63,001 nt of DNA from an uncultured Nitrosopumilaceae archaeon (GCA_937897875.1 CALCPD010000008.1:1-63001); one strand, 5' to 3'. Numbered from the stretch's first letter, positions 9,477-18,438 are shown. The notes: generated from the letters alone by a model not told the origin. Program-made: numbers and translations.

Positions 9477-10388
9477 ATGTTAACTGAATTAATTCATCAA
9501 AAAAATTGTAAAAAACATGAAATGATTACAGATATGCACACAGGAGAAATTGCATGCAGTAGTTGTGGAATTGTTTCATTAGAACCAATATTAGATCTGG
9601 GTTCCGAAACTGCAGGTCTTAATGCAAACGATTATCAAAATAATTCAAGAGTAGGATCCAAAAGATCACTAAAAATGATTGACATGGGACTATCCACGCT
9701 AATTGAAGCTAAAGACAAGGATGTAACAGGAAAATCATTATCAATTGAAAATCGAAGAATGTTCTACAGATTAAGAATGTGGGACAGAAACAGTCGTTCT
9801 GCAGTTACTTCAAAATCATTTCAAAAAGCATTTACATTACTTGATGCAATTAGTTCAAAATTAGGACTACCAGAATCAGTAGTTGAAGAGAGTGCATATT
9901 TGTTTAGAAAAATTGCAGCAAGAAAAATTCTTGCAGGTAGATCAACAGCAGCTATGTTATCTGCAACAATTTACATAACATGCAGAATCACAGATACACC
10001 AAGAACATTACAAGATATTTCAGATGCAGGTAACATTAAGAAAAAAGTGCTACAAAGGACATATAGATTTCTTGCAAAAGAAATGGATCTCAGTCCCGAA
10101 GCATACACTCCATCAGAATTTGTTACCAGAATAGCAAAAGGATTGTCTATCTCTGAAAAAACACAAAGATTGACGTTCAAAATATTGGATTTATGTGCAA
10201 AAAAGCATGTTTCAACAAGTAAAAATCCAATGGCAATGGCTGCAGCAGCCATACATTTGGCATCAACAATCAATGCTGAGAAAGTGTCTCAATTGAAGAT
10301 ATCAAAGATTTCAGGTATCAGCGCAGTAACAATCAGAGAAAGAAGAAAAGAGATTATAGAAAAAGTTGGAGAAATAGAAATTGGGTAG
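9477..10388 (+). CDS. tfb: Alternative transcription initiation factor IIB paralog
   Basis: Zn ribbon (CKKH...CSSCG), B-reader/linker (GLST, RLRMWD), two cyclin repeats; divergent C-terminal helix ISAVTIRERRK. Confidence 0.92.
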   Translation: MLTELIHQKNCKKHEMITDMHTGEIACSSCGIVSLEPILDLGSETAGLNANDYQNNSRVGSKRSLKMIDMGLSTLIEAKDKDVTGKSLSIENRRMFYRLRMWDRNSRSAVTSKSFQKAFTLLDAISSKLGLPESVVEESAYLFRKIAARKILAGRSTAAMLSATIYITCRITDTPRTLQDISDAGNIKKKVLQRTYRFLAKEMDLSPEAYTPSEFVTRIAKGLSISEKTQRLTFKILDLCAKKHVSTSKNPMAMAAAAIHLASTINAEKVSQLKISKISGISAVTIRERRKEIIEKVGEIEIG

Positions 10389-10563
10389 AACTTGTAGAAA
10401 TATCTGTAAAAGATATCAAGCAGATCCAGTTCCAAATAAAATCAGATATGAAATTGGACAAAAAAGATGTACATTTTGCGGAATTTTCTTATCTTTAGAT
10501 GATGTAAGATGCATTTGTTGTAAAGCAGTCTTAAGAACAAAACCAAGAAGTAAGAAGAAATAA
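10381..10563 (+). CDS. Small Cys-rich zinc-finger protein
   Basis: CRNIC...KRCTFC...RCICC...LRTKPR; overlaps the TFB stop codon. Confidence 0.75.
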   Translation: MGRTCRNICKRYQADPVPNKIRYEIGQKRCTFCGIFLSLDDVRCICCKAVLRTKPRSKKK

Positions 10564-10568
10564 TTTTT

Positions 10569-11255
10569 TTATTTTCTTCTAAATATTTTATTTCTAAAAA
10601 TAATTAAAAATATCATAGTAGGAAATCCAACCAGTATGGAAATTCCAATTATAAAAGACACATAGTCATTGAAAAATAATTTTGTTTCAAACCAAGCTTT
10701 TGGAAGAGTTGTAAAAAAATCAGACCCAGAGAAATCTTCAATTGTACCTACTGCTAAAGCATATTTTCCACTTTGATTTTTTTCATCAGAAACTAAAATG
10801 AAATATTGTCCATCGGCAGGAATTATTGTTGTAACTTCTTGTCGTTCCCAATAGGTAACTTGTCCAAATGGTTCATAGAATTCGTTTCCAGGGTAATCAC
10901 CCTCATAAAGAAATTTCTGTACACTTGATTCAATATTTGATGAAGTTCCAGCCCCATTAAACAAATCATCGTTCATTAAAATTAAAGATGGGGAATAATT
11001 CTCCAAACCCTCGAGTTTAGGAATAACAATACTTGCATAAAATGAGTCATCCTTTTTGGCATCAAATGTATAAAATTTACTTTCCTCCACGCCTAAATTA
11101 TCATAAATAGCCCAAGAAATTTTATGATCTGGAATAACTAATGCTGATTCAAAATCCCTATGGGAGTCATCATGACTAATTAATTTATGAGCATGTGCAA
11201 AAGGTGAAATTGATAGAACAATTAGAATTAAAAATAAAAATATTACTTTCCTCAC
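10569..11255 (-). CDS. Exported, C-terminally anchored hypothetical protein
   Basis: Signal peptide ending AHA|H, FYEPFGQ motif, C-terminal TM helix. Confidence 0.75.
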   Translation of the reverse strand: MRKVIFLFLILIVLSISPFAHAHKLISHDDSHRDFESALVIPDHKISWAIYDNLGVEESKFYTFDAKKDDSFYASIVIPKLEGLENYSPSLILMNDDLFNGAGTSSNIESSVQKFLYEGDYPGNEFYEPFGQVTYWERQEVTTIIPADGQYFILVSDEKNQSGKYALAVGTIEDFSGSDFFTTLPKAWFETKLFFNDYVSFIIGISILVGFPTMIFLIIFRNKIFRRK

Positions 11256-11306
11256 AACATTTAGTTAAAAAATTAGTATTTTAACAAAAATGCATTTGAT
11301 AAAGTG

Positions 11307-11315
11307 TTAGCACTA
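11307..11315 (+). promoter_or_regulatory. Regulon box upstream of the PPOX-family gene
   Basis: TTAGCACTA in divergent intergenic region; 69 nt to ATG 11384, which has a GGTGA RBS-like site (probably a leadered transcript). Confidence 0.7.
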
Positions 11316-11383
11316 TTAAAAAAAAGTTAATTATTCATATAGATAAAAAATAAAAACATAGAGTTGCAATACAAGGTGAAAAA

Positions 11384-11806
11384 ATGCAATATATAGAAAG
11401 AGAGTTAGCTCCAGATACAAAGATACCAATTAGAATAGGATTCATTAAACCAAATGGAGCACCTTCAATTATTTCATTATGGTATATCGATATTGATGGA
11501 AAAATTTATTGTGCAACACAAAAAACTGCAAAAATCCTCCAGTATTTAGAAAATCAACCAATATGTGGTTTTGAAATTGCAGCAGATAAACCACCTTACA
11601 AAGGTTCACGGGGAGAAGGTAAAGTTAAACTCATACCATCAAAAGGATCAGAAATATTAAAAATTTTAATTAAAAAATATTTAGGAGATAAAGAATCAAC
11701 ATTATCTAAATTTCTATTAAGTCATTGTAAAAATGAAATTGCCATAGAAATTACACCTACAAAAATATTTCATTACGACTATTCAAAACGAATGAAGGGA
11801 ATTTAA
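11384..11806 (+). CDS. Pyridoxamine 5'-phosphate oxidase-like (split-barrel flavin/F420-binding) protein
   Basis: RIGF..NGAP.I.SLWY...IYCATQ..AK...L...P.CGFEI...PYKG.RG.G pattern. Confidence 0.75.
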   Translation: MQYIERELAPDTKIPIRIGFIKPNGAPSIISLWYIDIDGKIYCATQKTAKILQYLENQPICGFEIAADKPPYKGSRGEGKVKLIPSKGSEILKILIKKYLGDKESTLSKFLLSHCKNEIAIEITPTKIFHYDYSKRMKGI

Positions 11807-11809
11807 AAA

Positions 11810-11947
11810 ATGAATGATGATGGATGTCCCACGTGTGGTTCAAAAAATTATGGAACTGTAGAAATGAAGAAAAATAGTGAAGGACTAGTTGCTTGGAAAA
11901 AACAATGTTATAATTGTAAAAAATTTTGGCATGGTTCAGACTTTTAG
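11810..11947 (+). CDS. 45-aa zinc-ribbon protein (not in ORF track)
   Basis: MNDDGCPTCGSK...KQCYNCKKFWHGSDF; starts 3 nt after the PPOX stop. Confidence 0.65.
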   Translation: MNDDGCPTCGSKNYGTVEMKKNSEGLVAWKKQCYNCKKFWHGSDF

Positions 11948-11971
11948 CACTATAATCTATATTTAGCACTA
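11944..11971 (+). promoter_or_regulatory. Tandem regulon boxes (11944-11952, 11963-11971) for the 12002 gene
   Basis: First box is 20 nt from TTTAAATA (11973-11980) and 50 nt from ATG; second box abuts the TATA. Confidence 0.85.
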
Positions 11972-12001
11972 GTTTAAATAAAATATTTCTTAAGATATGG
12001 T

Positions 12002-12322
12002 ATGTTATCACAACAGACAGAACAACAAAAACCACCAGTATTGAAATTTTTAACAATAATTTCAATTGCTACAGCAGTAATCTTGGTGTTTACAATCACA
12101 CCATGGAACATAATCCCAACATCAATTACTGAAGATGTCAAAGTAATTGCTACAACTGAATTAGGTTGTGTGGGGGAATCAGTTTTAGGACACTCAGTTG
12201 TTGTTGAAAACTGCTCAGCTAAAGTGGGGGACACAGTATCGGCCACATTTTACGTTCCAGCATTAGAACAAAATGGATATTATGACAAAATTCATCAAAA
12301 ACTAGAAAAGGTCACCCCTTAA
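12002..12322 (+). CDS. Membrane-anchored hypothetical protein
   Basis: N-terminal TM helix, Cys pair in a small beta-rich domain. Confidence 0.7.
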   Translation: MLSQQTEQQKPPVLKFLTIISIATAVILVFTITPWNIIPTSITEDVKVIATTELGCVGESVLGHSVVVENCSAKVGDTVSATFYVPALEQNGYYDKIHQKLEKVTP

Positions 12323-12383
12323 TTCTACTTTTTATTAAAAAAGTCATCAAAACAAATAAGAACTAAAAAATTATTTCAAAAAC

Positions 12384-12659
12384 ATGTCAAATAAAGTCAA
12401 ATGTTCACACATCTTAGTTGAAAAACAAAGTCAAGCTTTAGAAATATTAGAAGAAATCAAAAAAGGTAAAAAATTTGGTGCAGCAGCCAAAGAAATTTCA
12501 ACATGTCCAAGTAGCAAAAAAGAAGGAGATCTAGGGTATTTTACAAAAGGAATGATGGTAAAAGAATTTGAAGATATTGCATTCACATTACAAATTGGAG
12601 AAATATCACAACCAGTAAAAACAGAATTTGGATATCACATCATTAAGCGATTAGGATAA
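12384..12659 (+). CDS. Parvulin-type peptidyl-prolyl isomerase
   Basis: CSHILV, CPS, GDLGYF, PVKTEFGYHII. Confidence 0.95.
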   Translation: MSNKVKCSHILVEKQSQALEILEEIKKGKKFGAAAKEISTCPSSKKEGDLGYFTKGMMVKEFEDIAFTLQIGEISQPVKTEFGYHIIKRLG

Positions 12660-12673
12660 GAAATTCAATCACA

Positions 12674-12949
12674 ATGACAGTTTTAAGTCACAAAGTATTA
12701 AATGAAATTTTAGATTATTTAGAAAAATCAATTAATAATTTAGCTGCAGATGGGGCAGATAATTTAGAAATTGATGGAGGTACAGAAGGAATGAAAAATT
12801 TTCTAGAAAATCAATTCGACATACGATTAGAAAATTTACTAATTTCAAAAAATAGTAGTATTCATCATTTAGAATCAGGAATGAAAAATTTAGTGATACA
12901 AAAAAAACAAGAAATCATAGAAAAAATTTCAAAACAATTTAATAATTAA
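12674..12949 (+). CDS. Hypothetical protein
   Basis: 91-aa ORF following the parvulin gene. Confidence 0.65.
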   Translation: MTVLSHKVLNEILDYLEKSINNLAADGADNLEIDGGTEGMKNFLENQFDIRLENLLISKNSSIHHLESGMKNLVIQKKQEIIEKISKQFNN

Positions 12950-14451
12950 ATAAAAGCATCCAAACCCGTTTTAACTGAAGGATCCTTATTCTTTTCTAAA
13001 ACTTTAGTCATTTTTGACCCCATGGACTTTGCTGCAGTGATTTTTCTCTTACCAATCCAATAATACGTTTCATCAATAGTATCTTTAGCAATCAGTACAA
13101 CTAATTTTCCAGTATCCTTTCTTCCAGTTCGGCCTCTTCTTTGAATAAATCTAATTGAACTTGGTACATTATCATAAAAAATAACTTGATTCACTTCTGC
13201 AATATCTAAACCTTCTTCACCTACACGAGTAGCAACTAAAACTTGAAATTCACCATCTCGAAATTTTTGGACAACTTCTATTTGCTTTTTTTGTTTCAAT
13301 CCAGTATCACCAGCTTTTCCAATTAAAATCCCAGCAGATATCCCCATTTCATTAAGTTGAGAATGAATCATGTTTACAGAATCACGATAGCTAGTAAAGA
13401 TCAAGGCTTTCCCAGGAACAGAGTTTAAAATTTCTTTTAATTTTGGAATTTTTGAATGTTCAATTCCATTAGATTGTGCTTCTTTTGCTAAAGATAATGC
13501 TTTAGTAAAATTTGGATCAACTTCAAACAAATCTTTCACTCCCACACCCTTTTTTGCTTGTGCTCGCTTACAAAATTCTAAAAAAGGAGTAATACCATGA
13601 GCTTCAAGAATATTTAGAGCATAATGAATTCGAATTCCAGAAAACAAAGGTTTTGCAGATTTTCGACTTTTAGATAAGACAAATGGCCTTAACCGTAGTA
13701 ACGATGAAAGAGATTGTTGGTTATTCAAAGGTAAACCATTTTTTTGAAGTAAATCATATCGTTCATCCAATGCAGATTTTAATAATTTTTGAATAGATTT
13801 TAGTTCTGGAGGAAGTTCAACATTAATCCATTCAGTATTAGTCTCTTGGATGTAAGGTTTTACATCAGGGCTATCTTCATTTCTCTCAGCTACAGTTGAA
13901 ATTTGTAATCGTGTTAAAATTTCAGTTGCTTTTTCTTGTTCACTAGGTAAGGTAGCAGTCATACCCAGAAGACGAGTAGATGAATTTTCAAAATGTTCAG
14001 CTATGCTAGAGTAAGCATAATCACCAGTAGTTCTATGAACTTCATCAAAAATCACAAGATGAAATTGTTGTGATTTTACAACATTATGATTCATATCATT
14101 TCTAGCTACTTCTGGAGTTGCACATATTATTCTGCTACTCCAAAGATCCTTTCGTTTTTCAACAGAATCTTCACCAGTGATTAATACAATGTCATCAAAG
14201 GTTAAATTTTTTTTTAAAAAATCAAAATGTTGGTTAACTAAGACTCTTGTGGGAGCTAAAAAGAGAATTACTCCAGACTCTTTTAACAAAAATTCGGAAA
14301 TCACATGTAATGCAATAGTTGTTTTTCCAAGACCTGTAGGTAAAACAACAATACAGTTTTCATGAATTGCCTGATTAGCAAGATTAATTTGATAATCTCG
14401 TTTTTCAACAGAATTTTTTTGTATGTATTTTTTTTCAATATATTCAATCAA
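12946..14451 (-). CDS. Hef/FANCM-like SF2 helicase (helicase domain only)
   Basis: LPTGLGKT, DEVH, GMTAT, EEGLDI, QRRGRTGR. Confidence 0.9.
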   Translation of the reverse strand: MIEYIEKKYIQKNSVEKRDYQINLANQAIHENCIVVLPTGLGKTTIALHVISEFLLKESGVILFLAPTRVLVNQHFDFLKKNLTFDDIVLITGEDSVEKRKDLWSSRIICATPEVARNDMNHNVVKSQQFHLVIFDEVHRTTGDYAYSSIAEHFENSSTRLLGMTATLPSEQEKATEILTRLQISTVAERNEDSPDVKPYIQETNTEWINVELPPELKSIQKLLKSALDERYDLLQKNGLPLNNQQSLSSLLRLRPFVLSKSRKSAKPLFSGIRIHYALNILEAHGITPFLEFCKRAQAKKGVGVKDLFEVDPNFTKALSLAKEAQSNGIEHSKIPKLKEILNSVPGKALIFTSYRDSVNMIHSQLNEMGISAGILIGKAGDTGLKQKKQIEVVQKFRDGEFQVLVATRVGEEGLDIAEVNQVIFYDNVPSSIRFIQRRGRTGRKDTGKLVVLIAKDTIDETYYWIGKRKITAAKSMGSKMTKVLEKNKDPSVKTGLDAFI

Positions 14452-14612
14452 AGTATAAAGAAAAATGAGAATTTAGGAATTTTATGTTTTCTGTGTGAAA
14501 AATACTATGAACAGATCAACAATTAATTAAAAACTTCTAGGCACAAAAATAAATGGTTTTCACAGTAAAAGTAGCAAGATAAGTTTAGATAATTAGAAAT
14601 TAAAAATTAATT

Positions 14613-14687
14613 ATGATTTCCAAAGGCCTCATAATAGGAATTATTGCAATAATTGTTGGGGCAAGTTTACTGGTGCTAACAACTTAA
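14613..14687 (+). CDS. Possible 24-aa single-TM microprotein
   Basis: MISKGLIIGIIAIIVGASLLVLTT. Confidence 0.35.
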   Translation: MISKGLIIGIIAIIVGASLLVLTT

Positions 14688-14696
14688 AGAAAATAA

Positions 14697-14807
14697 TTAT
14701 TTTAAAAAGGCCAAAATTCCACCAGCTATTAAACCACCAATTACAAGAACAATCATACTTTTTCCAGAAAATACAGAATCAGTGTATTTACTCCAAGGAC
14801 TAGTCAT
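14697..14807 (-). CDS. Probable 36-aa membrane microprotein
   Basis: MTSPWSKYTDSVFSGKSMIVLVIGGLIAGGILAFLK; the longer ORF-track version overlaps the next gene. Confidence 0.5.
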   Translation of the reverse strand: MTSPWSKYTDSVFSGKSMIVLVIGGLIAGGILAFLK

Positions 14808-14905
14808 ATTTTGTAAATAATGATTTGATTCATTAAGTTTGTGAATTACATAAGAGTTCCACATTTCATAACGTGATACAAATAGAAGTAAAAATAGAGA
14901 AAACC

Positions 14906-15142
14906 ATGCCACTATTATGCAAAGAATGTAATGGAAGAAGATTCCCCATTGCATTTCCTGAACAAAGAGATGCGCTATGGCTTTGTGAAAAATGTAAAAA
15001 TTTTGTCGATATTAAAGACGAATTTGTTAGAGAATGGACAGAAGAAGAAATAAATCAAAATAAAACAAAACTTGAAAATTTTCAAAAAGAAGTGACTTCT
15101 GAAAAAACACCTGAAATTAAAAGACGTAGTGGCGTAAATTAG
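14906..15142 (+). CDS. Zinc-ribbon hypothetical protein
   Basis: CKEC...CEKC; ATG at 14906. Confidence 0.7.
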   Translation: MPLLCKECNGRRFPIAFPEQRDALWLCEKCKNFVDIKDEFVREWTEEEINQNKTKLENFQKEVTSEKTPEIKRRSGVN

Positions 15143-15183
15143 AAAATGCATTGGAATAAATAATTTAATTTTTCAAACAAATT

Positions 15184-15378
15184 GTGGTACTTCTAAACAA
15201 AAAGAGTATAATTAGAAATATGATGCTAGTAATCGGAGGAATATTTGCACTAGTTTTTTCTATTTTACTAATTAATGATTTAGAATCAGATACAATTACA
15301 CAATGGACAGTAATGACATCATACTTTATGATAATTTTCCTAATCATTGGGGCAGTACTTAGAATTACTCAAAAATAA
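15184..15378 (+). CDS. Small two-TM protein
   Basis: Two hydrophobic helices. Confidence 0.5.
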   Translation: MVLLNKKSIIRNMMLVIGGIFALVFSILLINDLESDTITQWTVMTSYFMIIFLIIGAVLRITQK

Positions 15379-15381
15379 TGC

Positions 15382-15534
15382 TCAAATATCCTGTCCAGTA
15401 GTTACCCATTCAAGGGTACGAAGTGCACCCTGATAATATTTCATAGCTGCATCAGGGTCAGGTAATTTTGAAACATCGATTAATCTTTGTTCAATAATTT
15501 TTCTAAATATTTCAATATCTTTTTCAGTTTTCAT
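15382..15534 (-). CDS. 50-aa hypothetical protein (not in ORF track)
   Basis: MKTEKDIEIFRKIIEQRL...YYQGALRTLEWV; begins 3 nt after the wHTH stop. Confidence 0.55.
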   Translation of the reverse strand: MKTEKDIEIFRKIIEQRLIDVSKLPDPDAAMKYYQGALRTLEWVTTGQDI

Positions 15535-15537
15535 AAA

Positions 15538-16050
15538 TTAGTTAGAAATTTTTAAAGTATAAATTAATTGATCAAAAAATTCAGGATTTATTTTAAAAAA
15601 TTTCTTTGAATTTCTATATTCAATAAAAACAAGATTGTCTTCAATTAATTTTGAAGCATATGTAGATACTGTAGATGGAGATTTTTGTACTTCCTTTACT
15701 AGAGTCGTAAAAGAGTGATTTTTTTGAATTAATGCCAAAAGAATTTTTTTGGGAGTGATTTGCCTAGAACGTCTAAAAATTTTTTGAGATAATTCAGATG
15801 AAGATAAAGGGTAAAAACAACTTACACGAGGAGTTTTTACTGATTTAATGAATCCATTAGATTCCAATTGGCGTAAATAATGTGAAACCACTCCATTAGC
15901 CAATCCTGTTAAACTCTTTAATTCAAGATAACGTATTCCAGGATTTTGATTTATGAGATTAAGAAAAAGAGATTCTCTACTAGATAAAGTAGAAAAATCA
16001 TATGATTTTTTCATTTGTTTGTTTTGCGTTACTGATTCTAACATAGCCAT
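15538..16050 (-). CDS. Double winged-helix transcriptional regulator (ArsR/MarR-like)
   Basis: NPGIRYLELKSLTGLANGVVSHYLRQLE plus a second HTH KSPSTVSTYASKL. Confidence 0.85.
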   Translation of the reverse strand: MAMLESVTQNKQMKKSYDFSTLSSRESLFLNLINQNPGIRYLELKSLTGLANGVVSHYLRQLESNGFIKSVKTPRVSCFYPLSSSELSQKIFRRSRQITPKKILLALIQKNHSFTTLVKEVQKSPSTVSTYASKLIEDNLVFIEYRNSKKFFKINPEFFDQLIYTLKISN

Positions 16051-16052
16051 TG

Positions 16053-17396
16053 TTAACGTAGTGTTATGTATGGGTATCCAGATGTTACAGATGTAGTTGC
16101 AATGATATCTAATGTGTCAGATTTTGACCATTGTTCACCATTTGGACCAACTGCAGGTAATGTGGTATCAACATACTCAACATAGAGAGTATCACCTTCT
16201 TGAGCATGCAAGTTATCACCATTTGATTCTTCATGGTCTTGTATGTAGAAGAAGTATGGGTTTTTCTGTTTCCAATTACCATCTTGTGTTGCTTCAATTG
16301 TAATTCCTGCCAAGTCACTATCAGACCAAACTCTATAATTCAAATCAACTTTATCTTTAGGCATATCACCCAAGTCTTTTTCATTAAGTTTGAATTGAAC
16401 TTTATTGTATTGATCCAATGGGTATTCATCTTCTAAGAATTCAATAGATGCTACACTCCAACCGTATGTTAGAGTTTTAGTAATTACCTTATTGTCTTCA
16501 GGATTGTATTCCCAATTTACAGTAACTGCGCCATCTCTACCGGTTTCAATTTTTGCATATTCATCAAAAGGAGAATTCTTACAACTGGTTCCACCAAGTT
16601 TTGTGTCCACAATTCCGTCATTATTCATGTCATGATCAGATGCACTGAGTTTTAGACGTCCATAAAACACTCCACTGTTTGGATCTGTTTCAATTAATCC
16701 TTCAGAATCACTGTCATTACAAACACCTAGTTCAGCATTTGAGTTACCATCACCACGTGCAGTAATTGTTAATGCAGAATCAGTAGTAGCGCCAATTCTA
16801 TCTCTTTTTTCAGAATCAACATTCCATCCAGGAGCATATATCATGATAGTTACTTTACCCCACCATTTAGCGTCTCCACTAAGTTCTTTATCAAGACAAG
16901 TTGCTAGATCTTTAGCACTGCCACAAAAGAAAATTTTAGGTTCTGCATTGTAGTTTTTCATAGCATATGAAATTCCATTTTTAGAAGATTTTTCATTGCC
17001 CACAGGAAAAGTAAAATCAATTTGCTGAGTAGATGAATTAACATCAGTTAGCAAAAGATTAACGAGTCCAGGTTCTTCAAATGAAATTGTTTTTGTTAGA
17101 GTTCCAGAAAGAGATGATGTACTATCAGTAATTGTTCCATCTTTTACGATATCAAAATTAAATGATGCATCATCAATATTTTTCTGGCTCATACCTTCAC
17201 GAATCTCAAAATTAAAGAGATATTCAATTCCAGGTTGAAGTGGTCCTGCCGGTTGCCAAGACATACCAATATCATACTGTCCATCAGATGTAATTTTTCT
17301 CAAATTACCATCATCAACTCCAGCATATGCAGATAGAGGTACGAAAGCAACCATTACTGTTGCAAATAAAATCAGTAACGAAGTTTTCCATGTCAT
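16053..17396 (-). CDS. Secreted/surface protein
   Basis: Signal peptide; ETDPNSGVFYG and VWSDSD...GDTLYVEYVD motifs also seen in 1253-2524. Confidence 0.75.
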   Translation of the reverse strand: MTWKTSLLILFATVMVAFVPLSAYAGVDDGNLRKITSDGQYDIGMSWQPAGPLQPGIEYLFNFEIREGMSQKNIDDASFNFDIVKDGTITDSTSSLSGTLTKTISFEEPGLVNLLLTDVNSSTQQIDFTFPVGNEKSSKNGISYAMKNYNAEPKIFFCGSAKDLATCLDKELSGDAKWWGKVTIMIYAPGWNVDSEKRDRIGATTDSALTITARGDGNSNAELGVCNDSDSEGLIETDPNSGVFYGRLKLSASDHDMNNDGIVDTKLGGTSCKNSPFDEYAKIETGRDGAVTVNWEYNPEDNKVITKTLTYGWSVASIEFLEDEYPLDQYNKVQFKLNEKDLGDMPKDKVDLNYRVWSDSDLAGITIEATQDGNWKQKNPYFFYIQDHEESNGDNLHAQEGDTLYVEYVDTTLPAVGPNGEQWSKSDTLDIIATTSVTSGYPYITLR

Positions 17397-17660
17397 TGAA
17401 AAAACATTATGATGTCATCTATTATACCCCCAAGATCATTTTCTCCATAAAATACATTGAGATACAATAAAGAATTATTCTAAATTGCTAGAATATAGAA
17501 GGACATAGAAAATATAGATTTAGGAGGTTAAAAAAAAATCAGATAATCCATATATCATATTTTTGAATTCAAAAAAACAAATCATAGCCTATCTATTACT
17601 AAAACTACAAAGTATTTGATTACAAAATTGCCAAACACTAAATAATTTATCTAAAAATAT

Positions 17661-17882
17661 TTGATCATGGCAATTCCATGTAAATTACCAATTCTAAAAA
17701 ACATTAGTTACCTTAGTGGCATAATGTTTACATTTTCAATATTCATACCTTTAATTTCTGAAACATCATCCACAGTTGACACTAATTCACTAACTATACT
17801 TTCAATAACAGGAATGATAATATCATTTGGAATAGGTATGAGAATTAGAAAAAAATTAGCAAAGAAAACTAGAAAATTTTAA
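17661..17882 (+). CDS. Small two-TM protein
   Basis: Two hydrophobic segments and a basic C-terminus. Confidence 0.5.
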   Translation: MIMAIPCKLPILKNISYLSGIMFTFSIFIPLISETSSTVDTNSLTILSITGMIISFGIGMRIRKKLAKKTRKF

Positions 17883-17883
17883 A

Positions 17884-18438
17884 CTAGTTTGTAATTTTCA
17901 TGAATCCTTCTTGAACTAGAAATTGAATTCCTTGAACAAATGATGAATCATCGATAGAGCCATCAGCCCACCATCCTGCGTTGTTTTTAATCCAAACAGG
18001 AATTTCAGATGTATTAGATTCCATTGTAGGCATATTAGCAGCAGTAATTAGAAAAGAAGAAGTGGTTACAGTTGATTTAGAATTACCATATTGAGACTTT
18101 ACAATATATTTTCCATCAGAAAATTTTTCATTTAGTTGTACAGTGTAAGAAAATTTGCCATAAGTATCAACAGGTGTTTTTTTAGTTATGATTAAATTTT
18201 TACTAGTATCAAAAACAGTAATTCTCAAAGAACGGTCTTCATCATACTTGTTAACAGAACCAGTAAACAGTACAGATTCACCAATTGTATAAGATTCCTG
18301 ATCAGTGTTAATATCTACAGTAAAATTATTTGCACTGTTATTTTCAGGCGGACCACCATATCCAAAAGCAGATTGTCCAACTGCAGTAATTGTAAAAATT
18401 GAAACCATAGTAATAATTAAAAATACATTAAGATTCAT
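17884..18438 (-). CDS. Secreted protein with C-terminal WIKNNAGWWADG module
   Basis: Signal peptide, Ig-like beta region, C-terminal module. Confidence 0.8.
   Translation of the reverse strand: MNLNVFLIITMVSIFTITAVGQSAFGYGGPPENNSANNFTVDINTDQESYTIGESVLFTGSVNKYDEDRSLRITVFDTSKNLIITKKTPVDTYGKFSYTVQLNEKFSDGKYIVKSQYGNSKSTVTTSSFLITAANMPTMESNTSEIPVWIKNNAGWWADGSIDDSSFVQGIQFLVQEGFMKITN
17920..18000. repeat. 81-nt dispersed repeat, copy 2
   Basis: Matches 1952-2032 with one mismatch. Confidence 0.85.

Noticed and set aside
2574-11971. Dispersed 9-mers as CRISPR repeats or REP elements
   Set aside because: Too short, irregularly spaced, no cas genes; position is tied to TATA boxes instead
14671-14679. 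TGGTGCTAA variant box
   Set aside because: Lies within a putative small ORF and has no TATA/start at the expected spacing
16912-16920. TTAGCACTG near-match
   Set aside because: Inside a CDS; consistent with chance
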